Shown here: one piece after another, positions 8,587 to 17,212 of the stretch
Layout of the letters: each line of letters opens with the position of its first letter
How positions within the stretch are numbered: the stretch's first letter is position 1
Assembly (NCBI RefSeq): GCF_000013905.1
Contig: NC_007969.1
Span: forward strand, 2,580,001 to 2,612,000
Source of the DNA: Psychrobacter cryohalolentis K5
GTDB taxonomy: Bacteria; Pseudomonadota; Gammaproteobacteria; Pseudomonadales; Moraxellaceae
DNA length: 32,000 nt
Direction of reading: 5' to 3'
Program-made: the position numbers and the translations under genes
The notes under the pieces: generated by a model
Told to the model about the DNA's origin: nothing
Seen by the model: the letters and a program-made list of their open reading frames with translations, nothing else
Databases searched by the model: none

Positions 8587-9477
8587 ATGAGTCAACGTAA
8601 TAAACTCAGCTTATGGCAAAAAATGAAGCAGTTGCTAACCACATCCACTGTGCGCTCTGTTATTGATCATATTAAATCGTCGAAGGATTTGACAAGCGCT
8701 GACTTTGATGAGGTTGATAGTCAGGTGAGTGCTTCACAAGTAGCTACTGACAATGTTAGTACGGATAATGTTGATACTAATCATAAAGAAACTGACTCTA
8801 ACAATGTTGACAGCACTGTCAGCGATAAAAATGCCCCTAGTACAGACGCAAATGTCACCGATAACATCGATACTACGAATAAACCTATCGATATTGATAC
8901 AGATATTGGCAAAGATTTCGAAAATAGTGCGGAGCAAAAAAGTGAGAGCGACTTATCCATTGTCGATTATCTAAAGCAATACTTCGACGATAAAGGATGG
9001 CATTATAATCATTATCAGCCCAAAGCAAAAGACAGCCAAAAATCTCATTATTTGTCTTTAAGAATGCGCAATAAGCAGCTTGATTGTGGTTATCTGTTTC
9101 GGATACAAGAAAAAAATAAACTGCTGGCAATCTATGGTATTTTGCCATTTTTGATACCAGAGAGTCATCAAAGCGCCGCTATGCTACTCATTACTCAAAT
9201 CAACTATGACATGATGATTGGCAATTTAGAGATGGATATCAATGATGGTGAAATACGCTATAAAAACGCCATTAATGTTGAAGCGGTCAGTCTTGACGAC
9301 GATATCCTTGAGCATTTACTGCAAAGTATCATTGCCATGACGACGGTTGCTCATGAGATATTTAGTGATTTGGTCAATAACCAATACCCTGCTGAAGAAT
9401 TATCCGATCTACTTTTGCAGCTACGTCAACAATCCGATTCAAGAACCTTCTTTTTGCCCACTCAATTTGTACAGTGA
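8587..9477 (+). CDS. YbjN-domain-like protein with a long D/N/T/S-rich low-complexity N-terminal region
   Basis: The C-terminal ~150 aa (IVDYLKQYFDDKGWHY...INYDMMIGNLEMDINDGEIRYKNAI...) resembles the YbjN / putative sensory transduction regulator fold family. I prefer ATG 8587 (MSQRNK...). The track GTG 8536 adds an implausible hydrophobic leader. Confidence 0.55.
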   Translation: MSQRNKLSLWQKMKQLLTTSTVRSVIDHIKSSKDLTSADFDEVDSQVSASQVATDNVSTDNVDTNHKETDSNNVDSTVSDKNAPSTDANVTDNIDTTNKPIDIDTDIGKDFENSAEQKSESDLSIVDYLKQYFDDKGWHYNHYQPKAKDSQKSHYLSLRMRNKQLDCGYLFRIQEKNKLLAIYGILPFLIPESHQSAAMLLITQINYDMMIGNLEMDINDGEIRYKNAINVEAVSLDDDILEHLLQSIIAMTTVAHEIFSDLVNNQYPAEELSDLLLQLRQQSDSRTFFLPTQFVQ

Positions 9478-9572
9478 GACTGGATTGTTTTTCCAGTGAA
9501 ACCATCAGCTCAAACTTACTATGTTAGACAACCCTCTACTCAGAAAGCCTTTAATACGATATTAGAAATACT

Positions 9573-10490
9573 ATGTTAAAAATTGCCTACTCTGATATTT
9601 TTCGTTATTCAGTACCCGAAAAACATCGTTTTCCGATGCAAAAATACACTATGATTCCTGAGCGCTTATTAGCGGAAAAGACTATTAGTGCGAATAACTT
9701 TTTTGCGCCCACACGCTTAAGCGAAGATGAAATCTTAACGACGCATACTGCTGATTATTGGTATCAGCTTAAGACCCAAACGCTACCAAGAAAAGAAGCG
9801 CGAGCGATCGGCTTTGAGATGACGCCTGAGTTAGTAGAGCGTGGGCGCTATATTGCCCATGCGACTTATGAATGTGCGCTTTATGCTCAGCAATATGGCG
9901 TGGCGATGAATGTTGCCGGCGGTACGCACCATGCGTTTTCTGATCATGGCGAGGGCTTTTGCGTGTTTAATGATGTCTGTATTGCGAGTAATTTATTATT
10001 AAATCGTGGACAGGCGCAAAAGATTTTGGTGGTCGATTTGGATGTGCATCAAGGCAACGGCAATGCCAGTATCATGGCGAATGAGCCACGCGTTTTTATC
10101 TTTAGTATGCATGGCGCAAAGAACTATCCGTTTCGTAAACAAGTATCAGACTTAGATATTGAGCTAGATAACGATACTGGTGATGAGCAATATTTACAGA
10201 TATTAGAAGACACGCTACCGCGCTTAATTAGCGACGTTGCACCAGATATGATCTTTTATCAGTCTGCTGTCGATGTACTGGCGACCGATAAGTTGGGAAA
10301 ACTTGGGCTGACGATAGAAGGTTGTAAGGCGCGTGATGAATATGTGTTACGCCAAGCAAAAGCCGCTAAAATTCCTATCGCTATCGTGATGGGTGGCGGC
10401 TATTCAGAAGATATTGAAGATGTGGTTGAAGCGCACTGCAATACGTTTCGTTTGGCGCAACAGATATTTTTTGATGAAATAACAGAATAA
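9573..10490 (+). CDS. Histone deacetylase-family (arginase/deacetylase fold) Zn-dependent deacetylase, short ~305-aa form
   Basis: Catalytic signature GGTHHAFSDHGEGFCVFND, Zn-ligand region VDLDVHQGNGN, downstream SAVDVLATD and GGGY. Confidence 0.85.
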   Translation: MLKIAYSDIFRYSVPEKHRFPMQKYTMIPERLLAEKTISANNFFAPTRLSEDEILTTHTADYWYQLKTQTLPRKEARAIGFEMTPELVERGRYIAHATYECALYAQQYGVAMNVAGGTHHAFSDHGEGFCVFNDVCIASNLLLNRGQAQKILVVDLDVHQGNGNASIMANEPRVFIFSMHGAKNYPFRKQVSDLDIELDNDTGDEQYLQILEDTLPRLISDVAPDMIFYQSAVDVLATDKLGKLGLTIEGCKARDEYVLRQAKAAKIPIAIVMGGGYSEDIEDVVEAHCNTFRLAQQIFFDEITE

Positions 10491-10538
10491 CACGCGCATA
10501 AAATAGCATTTTAACAGCCAGCTGCCTCGCGAACTAGT

Positions 10539-11321
10539 TTATAAAAACGCTACAATCCCCTGCCAGCCGACACGAATACCAAGCACTGTAAGTATCAATA
10601 AAATAAGCTGACGAAAGCGAGCTTGTGGTAAATAACGACGTAAGCGGATACCAACTAAAAGCGCGGCAATAGATAAAACACTGAGCAAAGTAATCAGCTG
10701 CCATTCACCACTGCTTAGTGCCATGATAGGCTCACGCAATACAATGATTTGGGCAATTTTGCCTAAGAAATAGCACATGTTGCCGACTTTGGCGATAGTA
10801 TGCTTATCGTTGCTTGCAGACAATAAATACATCATCAATATGGTCGACATAGCATTGGTCGCGCCGCCAATCACGCCTGCACTAAAGCCAACGATGATTA
10901 ACACAGGCTTGGTAGCAGGTAGACGAAGTTGCTTACCAAGCAAGCTGCTTACGACGTAAAAACCAATAACGGCTGCCAATAACAATAAAATATATGCGCT
11001 ATCGACCCATAGTAAGAGCTTCGCGCCTAAAATACTACCGAGTAAGCTGGTCAATGCCAGTAACCAATAGCGCCTGCCATAATAGATGAAATTTTGCCAA
11101 ATCGTGCGACCACCACCTGCCAGCCAAGTCATCGCATTGAGTAATAACGATGGAAAAATGACTAATACAATAGCATGTGGTAAAGGATACATACTGGCAA
11201 GCGCGGTAGTAGTCACCAAGGTGATACCTAGGCCACTAATACCGTGTAGTAAGGATGCCAGAGCAAAAATTGCAATCAGTAAAAACGTCTGGGTACTATC
11301 GCTACCCACCATGTCCATCAT
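10539..11321 (-). CDS. TauE/SafE-family anion (sulfite-type) exporter membrane protein
   Basis: 260-aa protein with ~8 TM segments and glycine-rich helices with the internal duplication typical of TauE/SafE (DUF81). Confidence 0.7.
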   Translation of the reverse strand: MMDMVGSDSTQTFLLIAIFALASLLHGISGLGITLVTTTALASMYPLPHAIVLVIFPSLLLNAMTWLAGGGRTIWQNFIYYGRRYWLLALTSLLGSILGAKLLLWVDSAYILLLLAAVIGFYVVSSLLGKQLRLPATKPVLIIVGFSAGVIGGATNAMSTILMMYLLSASNDKHTIAKVGNMCYFLGKIAQIIVLREPIMALSSGEWQLITLLSVLSIAALLVGIRLRRYLPQARFRQLILLILTVLGIRVGWQGIVAFL

Positions 11322-11372
11322 ATTTTCCCTGTCGAAGGTATCATACGCGGCTGGCTACTTATGACTATACAA

Positions 11373-12764
11373 TTAGCCATTCAAACGTTGCACCAAAGTC
11401 TGGCCAATGATGCTCACTAATTGCTCAGCTATTTTATCCTTGCTCGCCTTCTCAAGTGTCACAGCTTCACTCTTATAACGATCAGAGAAAAACACCTGCA
11501 TCGCATTATCATCACTGGCAAAACCAATATCTGCGCGCGAGACATCATTACAAGCAATCAAATCTAAATCTTTAGAAAGCAGCTTACCACGAGCATAACG
11601 TTCAACATCTTGAGTTTCTGCTGCAAAGCCAACGACAAATAACTCAGGATGAGCAAGCGAAATCGTCGCTAAAATGTCAGGATTTTTGACCAAGCTTATC
11701 GTCATGGCATCTTGGGTTTTTTTGATTTTTTGCGGGGCCGCTTCTTCAGTACGATAATCAGCAACCGCCGCAGTGGCAATAAAGATATCCGCCATTACAT
11801 TTTGATTCTCGCTATGAGCATGCTCCTTATCATCAATCTCATGGCTGTGGTTATGACCATCGCCGCAATCACACTCGCCATGATGTTCATGTTGATGGCT
11901 ATGATCGTGATCGTGAGAATGGTCGTGCTCATCTTCAGGCACATACTGTAGCGCACTGTGCGTACCATCCACGCACTGCTGGGCTGCTATCAGCATCTCT
12001 TTAGCCGACAACACATCAATGCGCGTGACATTGAGCGGTGTCGGCAGTGCCACTTTGCCACCCGCAATCAAGATAACGTCTGCACCAGCAGCAACACAGG
12101 CACGCGCCAAAGCAAAACCCATTTTCCCCGTAGAATGATTAGACAAATAACGCACCGGGTCAATGGCTTCAACGGTCGGTCCTGCGGTAATCACGACTCT
12201 TTTACCTGCCAATAACTGAGGCGTCGTCTGCATTGCTTGAAACAGTAAAATTTCTTCTAATAACTGTTCAGGCTCAGGTAAGCGTCCTGCACCCACATCA
12301 CCACAAGCTTGCTCACCACTAGCAGGCGCAATGATTTGATAATTCATATCACGCAGGGTTTGCACATTTAAGTGAACGGCAGGATGCGCCCACATCTGTT
12401 GATTCATCGCAGGCGCGATAATGACTGGCGCTGTCGTTGCAAGACAGACCGTGGTCAGTAAATCATCTGCCATACCCATTGCCAGCCGCGCTAACGTATT
12501 GGCAGATGCCGGCGCGATGACCATAAGGTCTGCCCATTTTGCAAGCTCAATATGACCCATGCCCGCTTCCGCTTTTTCATCGAGTAACGAGATATGCACC
12601 TCATTACCCGTCAAAGCTTGTAGGGTTAGTGGAGTGATAAAAGCCTGTGCACCTGACGTCATAACGACGCGCACCTCAAAGCCTGCCTTGATTAATAGAC
12701 GGGCAAATACAGCAGATTTATAAGCGGCAATACCGCCAGTGATAGCAAGCAGGATATTTGACAT
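11373..12764 (-). CDS. coaBC: Bifunctional phosphopantothenoylcysteine decarboxylase / phosphopantothenate-cysteine ligase CoaBC (Dfp), carrying a His-rich insertion
   Basis: N-terminal flavoprotein domain (ILLAITGGIAAYK, PAMNQQMW). C-terminal CoaB domain (ITAGPTVEAIDPVRYLSNHSTGKMG, AAVADYR, KIKK). At 463 aa it is longer than the ~406-aa E. coli protein (recalled from memory). Confidence 0.93.
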   Translation of the reverse strand: MSNILLAITGGIAAYKSAVFARLLIKAGFEVRVVMTSGAQAFITPLTLQALTGNEVHISLLDEKAEAGMGHIELAKWADLMVIAPASANTLARLAMGMADDLLTTVCLATTAPVIIAPAMNQQMWAHPAVHLNVQTLRDMNYQIIAPASGEQACGDVGAGRLPEPEQLLEEILLFQAMQTTPQLLAGKRVVITAGPTVEAIDPVRYLSNHSTGKMGFALARACVAAGADVILIAGGKVALPTPLNVTRIDVLSAKEMLIAAQQCVDGTHSALQYVPEDEHDHSHDHDHSHQHEHHGECDCGDGHNHSHEIDDKEHAHSENQNVMADIFIATAAVADYRTEEAAPQKIKKTQDAMTISLVKNPDILATISLAHPELFVVGFAAETQDVERYARGKLLSKDLDLIACNDVSRADIGFASDDNAMQVFFSDRYKSEAVTLEKASKDKIAEQLVSIIGQTLVQRLNG

Positions 12765-12882
12765 AAGCGTGGCATCAGCAAAAAATTGAAAGATAAAATT
12801 GCGCTTATAGTAGCAATTATGCGATAAGTTAGGGAAAGTTTTCTAAATTTATCTCATCGCAAGTGCATCTTAAGGAATAAGC

Positions 12883-13566
12883 ATGGCAATCAAAGACTGG
12901 CATGAGGATGATAGACCGCGTGAGAAGCTATTAAAATTTGGCGCCGCGCACTTATCCGACGCTGAGATATTGGCGATATTTCTGCGCACGGGCACACAGT
13001 CGCAGTCAGCCATTGAGCTGGCTCGCCATCTGATCGAGCAATTTGGTAGCCTTGCAGAGCTGTTAGCAGCGCCGCAAGAAACTGTCCTTGCTTGTCACGG
13101 CATCGGTCCTGCCAAATACGCGCAGATACTCGCCTCACTTGAAATGGGCAGACGCTATTTGGACAGTCAGCTTAAAACGGGTCAAGGACTTGGACGCTCG
13201 CAAATGGTCAAAGACTATATCAGCACTCAGTTGCGCGGTGAGCCGCGAGAAGTGTTCGCTGTGCTATGTTTGGACAATGCCTTGAATCTAATCAATTTTG
13301 AGATATTGTTTACAGGCGGCATCTCTTCTTGCTCCGTCTGTATCAAGCATGTGCTACGTCATGCGTTAAGCCATGCAGCAAGCCAGCTCATTATTGCTCA
13401 CAACCATCCGCATACCGATGCTAAGCCATCAACGGCGGATAACTTGTTAACCTATGAGCTCAAAAAAGCTTGTGACCTTATAGATTTGTCTTTGATTGAC
13501 CATGTCATCGTTGGGCGCAATGAGACTTTATCTTATGCTGAAAACAGTTTACCGCCTTTTAACTAA
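12883..13566 (+). CDS. radC: RadC/YicR-family JAB (MPN) domain protein
   Basis: N-terminal DRPREKLLKFGAAHLSDAEILAIFLRTG helix-hairpin-helix region. JAMM-like HNHPHTDAKPSTAD. It is divergent from coaBC, as I recall for E. coli yicR-dfp. AAGGA Shine-Dalgarno. Confidence 0.88.
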   Translation: MAIKDWHEDDRPREKLLKFGAAHLSDAEILAIFLRTGTQSQSAIELARHLIEQFGSLAELLAAPQETVLACHGIGPAKYAQILASLEMGRRYLDSQLKTGQGLGRSQMVKDYISTQLRGEPREVFAVLCLDNALNLINFEILFTGGISSCSVCIKHVLRHALSHAASQLIIAHNHPHTDAKPSTADNLLTYELKKACDLIDLSLIDHVIVGRNETLSYAENSLPPFN

Positions 13567-13651
13567 TGTTTAATGACTCGCATTTGGTTATATACACAAA
13601 TCTTGATACATATTATCGACACAGCGTAGCGTTTTCGCTCTTGATAGTTAT

Positions 13652-13663
13652 AAACAACTGTTT
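13652..13663. promoter_or_regulatory. AAAC-N4-GTTT palindromic core (PsrA-type operator-like) upstream of fadE
   Basis: AAACAACTGTTT at 13652-13663, ~225 nt upstream of the preferred fadE start. It is a short motif and could occur by chance in AT-rich DNA. Confidence 0.2.
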
Positions 13664-13886
13664 CATATTGGTAGTTAACTTCATTTTTGGGAGAGTCTTT
13701 ATTCCCGATGCGAAGTTTTTATTTTATATCAGCTCTATTTGAAATCACTAATGTCAAAAAACTAAAACTATTTTTCACTATAAAAAAGGAAGCTTGGAAT
13801 ATAAAACAACAATCATAGTTATTTCAAACTTTCTTATTCACTTATATTTTGACGCTTTTTTATTAAGCGTTGCAAAGGAGGCAGTT

Positions 13887-16826
13887 ATGGCCATTGGCTT
13901 ATTTATTTTGGCAGTCATCATTCAATTAGCCATGGTCTTGGCCATCTTTTTGTTGTCATTATCGCGTGTCACAGGCAGCATCGTTGCTTTAATCACTGTC
14001 CTCGTTACTGCTTTCATCAGTCCATGGTCGCTTATCCTAGGTCTACCCATTGCGCTACTTTGCCTAGTGCTGCTTATTACCCCTATTCGTCAAAGCCTGC
14101 TTACCAAGCCTGTCTATAAAGCCTTGGGCGGTGCCATGCCAAGTATGAGTGACACAGAGCGTGAGGCACTTGATGCAGGTACTAGCTGGTGGGAAAAAGA
14201 GCTGTTTATGGGCGCGCCTGATTGGGATACGTTTGCAAAATACCCCTATCCAGAATTGTCAGAAGAAGAGCAAAGCTTTATAGATAATGAAGTAGAAGTG
14301 CTCTGTGCAATGCTTGATGAGTGGCAAATTCATCATGAAGATAAAGAGCTGTCACCAGAGGCATGGCGATTTATCAAAGCCAATGGCTTTTTGGGTTTAA
14401 TTATTCCCAAAGAATATGGTGGATTAGACTTTAGCTCATATGCCCAAAGTCGCGTGATGAGTAAGATTGCCTCACGCTCGCCGACTGCTGCAGTGACCTG
14501 TATGGTACCAAATTCACTCGGTCCTGGTGAGCTGTTGATGCATTACGGTACCGATGAGCAAAAGCAGCGCTGGCTACCGGGTCTAGCGAAAGGTGAAGAG
14601 GTTCCGTGCTTTGGCTTGACAGGTCCAGAAGCGGGCTCTGATGCCGGTGCGATTCCGGATACTGGCGTGGTTTGTTATGGCATGCATGAAGGCGAGCAAG
14701 TGCTGGGCCTGCGCATGAATTTCTCTAAGCGTTGGATTACTTTAGCCCCTATCGCCACAGTAGTAGGTTTGGCATTTAAAATGCATGACCCTGAAGGTTT
14801 ACTTGGTGATCTTGAAAAAACCGATTACGGTATTACTTGTGCGCTGGTGCCTGCCAGCCACCAAGGGGTCATTATCGGTCCACGCCACAATCCAATCGGT
14901 TCGCCATTTATGAATGGCACAGTCGATGGTCAAGATGTCTTTATACCGCTAGATTATATTATTGGTGGAGTGGAAAATGCAGGACGTGGCTGGCGTATGC
15001 TGATGGAATGCTTGGGCGTCGGTCGCGGGATCTCATTGCCTGCCTTATCGACTTCTGCCAGTGAAATGAGCTATTTGTCGGTTGGTGCCTTTGCAAAGGT
15101 TCGTGAGCAATTTAAAATCTCCGTCGGAAAATTTGAAGGCGTGCAAGATGCCACCAGCCGCATTGCCAGTAATACTTATATGTTAGAAGCTTTTAGGCAT
15201 CTGGTGACTTGTGGTCTAAACCAAGGTGGTACGCCATCAGTGATGACAGCAATGGCAAAATACTATGCCACTGAGACCATGCGTTCAGTAATTAATGATG
15301 GTATGGATGTCGTTGGTGGTCGCGCAGTACAAATGGGACCGCGCAACTTTTTAGCCATTCCTTATCAAGCGATCCCAGTATCAATCACCGTTGAGGGCGC
15401 CAACATATTGACGCGCTCATTGATGATTTTTGGTCAAGGGGCGATGCGCTGTCACCCTTATCTATTCGATGAGTTGCAACTACTACAAAGCGAAGATAAA
15501 GAAGGCGCGCTCAAGCAGTTCGATAATTTATTCTTTAAGCATTTGGGCTATACTTTTAATCGCGGTGCGAAAGCTTTCGTCGCAGGCTATGTTGGTGGCA
15601 GCAATGATGCGCCAAATTTTGCAGATAATTTTACCCGTCCCTATTACAAAGACATTAACCGCTTAAGCGCAGGCTTTGCTTTAACTGCTGACATGTCTTT
15701 AGGGTTATTGGCTGGTGATTTAAAACGCAAAGAGATGCTATCTGGGCGCTTAGCAGACATCCACTCTCATCTATTTATCTGTACAGCTATTTTGCAGTTT
15801 TATGAATATGGCAGCAAATCAGTCGCTGAGCGCTTGCATGCTGAAGTGGCGTTAAAAAATAGCCTTTATACTATCCAAGAAGCATTCCTATCTTTATTTG
15901 CCAATTTTCCAAATCAGTTTGCAGCCAAATTAGTGAGCTTTGTGACTTTTCCCAGTGGTCGTATCTTTGCCCCAGTGAGTGATGAATTAAAACGCCAACT
16001 GGGTGATACGTTTATGGATGATTTTGAAGCAAATCCTTTCCGCGACTATCTTAAAACCATGGTTTATTATAATACTGAGCCGGATGATGTCACGGGTCGT
16101 ATGGAGCATGCTTATCAAATACTGCTCGAAGTCGAACCCTTATGGCAGAAATTTAAAAAAGCAGAGCATAAAGACAGTTTTGAAGGTTTAACTTTTGAAG
16201 ATCATGTAGTCTATGCCAGTCAAAATGGCGACATTTCTGAAGAAGAAGCTGAACAGCTAATAACCTATAATTCGATACGCTATGATTCCTTATTGACCGA
16301 TACATTTGATAAGCATTTATCAAAAGTGCAAGAACGTGCTAACCCACACAGTTTAGAGAACGCTGTACATAGGCTAACTGACTATGCTGAACTAAAAAGC
16401 GATGCTCAGTTAAAAAACAATGCTCAGTTAAATCAGGCATTAAACCCTGATAATCTGCAGCAGACCTCTGAGAATATCGCATCAGTTGATTCAATGCCAG
16501 ACAATAACCAACCAACAGGAGATACTAACCCTGATCATGGTTACGAAAGTGATGGCGATGTAAAAATGGTCAATGAACAAGATACCGCCAGGGAAATTAA
16601 TGCACAGACTGATTTTCAGGATTCACATCCTGAAATAGAAGCCCTTGGCTCGCGTCACCGTGATGCAGCATCGCATCTAAATGAACGTATGAGTTATAAC
16701 CATAGATTTAACAAAGATAAATTTGCTAGCACAAGTCGGGAGCAAGACAATCACGAGCAGCAAACAGAAACCAGTGACCCTACATGGAAAGATGGTTTGC
16801 GCCGTGACGAAAACGACAATGTCTAA
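13887..16826 (+). CDS. fadE: Acyl-CoA dehydrogenase FadE (membrane-anchored long form) with an extra low-complexity C-terminal tail
   Basis: Hydrophobic N-terminus, then an acyl-CoA dehydrogenase core (GLTGPEAGSDAG, ITVEGANILTRSLMIFGQGAMRCHP) and a FadE C-terminal domain. I prefer ATG 13887, which has a perfect AAGGAGG 6 nt upstream. The track TTG 13794 is unlikely. Confidence 0.9.
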   Translation: MAIGLFILAVIIQLAMVLAIFLLSLSRVTGSIVALITVLVTAFISPWSLILGLPIALLCLVLLITPIRQSLLTKPVYKALGGAMPSMSDTEREALDAGTSWWEKELFMGAPDWDTFAKYPYPELSEEEQSFIDNEVEVLCAMLDEWQIHHEDKELSPEAWRFIKANGFLGLIIPKEYGGLDFSSYAQSRVMSKIASRSPTAAVTCMVPNSLGPGELLMHYGTDEQKQRWLPGLAKGEEVPCFGLTGPEAGSDAGAIPDTGVVCYGMHEGEQVLGLRMNFSKRWITLAPIATVVGLAFKMHDPEGLLGDLEKTDYGITCALVPASHQGVIIGPRHNPIGSPFMNGTVDGQDVFIPLDYIIGGVENAGRGWRMLMECLGVGRGISLPALSTSASEMSYLSVGAFAKVREQFKISVGKFEGVQDATSRIASNTYMLEAFRHLVTCGLNQGGTPSVMTAMAKYYATETMRSVINDGMDVVGGRAVQMGPRNFLAIPYQAIPVSITVEGANILTRSLMIFGQGAMRCHPYLFDELQLLQSEDKEGALKQFDNLFFKHLGYTFNRGAKAFVAGYVGGSNDAPNFADNFTRPYYKDINRLSAGFALTADMSLGLLAGDLKRKEMLSGRLADIHSHLFICTAILQFYEYGSKSVAERLHAEVALKNSLYTIQEAFLSLFANFPNQFAAKLVSFVTFPSGRIFAPVSDELKRQLGDTFMDDFEANPFRDYLKTMVYYNTEPDDVTGRMEHAYQILLEVEPLWQKFKKAEHKDSFEGLTFEDHVVYASQNGDISEEEAEQLITYNSIRYDSLLTDTFDKHLSKVQERANPHSLENAVHRLTDYAELKSDAQLKNNAQLNQALNPDNLQQTSENIASVDSMPDNNQPTGDTNPDHGYESDGDVKMVNEQDTAREINAQTDFQDSHPEIEALGSRHRDAASHLNERMSYNHRFNKDKFASTSREQDNHEQQTETSDPTWKDGLRRDENDNV

Positions 16827-16962
16827 CTAGGATTGATCTGCCTATCGCCATTTATCTATATTGATTGAAGCAAGTGAGGTGGTCTCATCAGAGTCATCTC
16901 GCTTTTTTATTTTACCGCTCATATTATTTTTTTATGCTCCTTCAATAACGCTTCATTCAGCC

Positions 16963-16978
16963 AAATTCATATGAATTT
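16963..16978. promoter_or_regulatory. 16-bp perfect palindrome AAATTCATATGAATTT abutting a TTGACA -35-like hexamer
   Basis: The palindrome at 16963-16978 is exact. TTGACA at 16979-16984 is followed 17 nt later by TACTAA. The site is ~235 nt upstream of the symporter gene. Confidence 0.35.
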
Positions 16979-17212
16979 TTGACAGATAAAAAACTCGAAC
17001 ATACTAATATTGTAATGTCACGTTATTTAAGTCATAAAAAAATCTTGCAGTATCCCTAACTATTCTTTTATATTGTCCCCCAAAATCTGACTTAAAGGTC
17101 AGTTCATATATTTATAGACGTCACAGCAACAGTCATGACAGCAATCTTGCACTCATATTGAGCGCGCTATTGTGTCTATTGCTGTGCGTAACGGACACCA
17201 AGGATAGCGTTT

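Noticed and set aside
8700-8940. Repetitive DNA (ACTGACAATGTT / ACGGATAATGTT / GATACTAAT...) that at first glance could be a tandem-repeat or CRISPR-like array.
   Set aside because: The repeats are short, degenerate and in frame within a continuous ORF (TDNVSTDNVDTN...). There are no regular repeat-spacer units. It is coding low-complexity sequence.
13794-13886. The track start of fadE at TTG 13794, which adds 31 residues (MEYKTTIIVISNFLIHLYFDAFLLSVAKEAV).
   Set aside because: ATG 13887 has a perfect AAGGAGG at the ideal spacing, and the FadE-type hydrophobic N-terminus begins there. The upstream extension is AT-rich promoter-like DNA.
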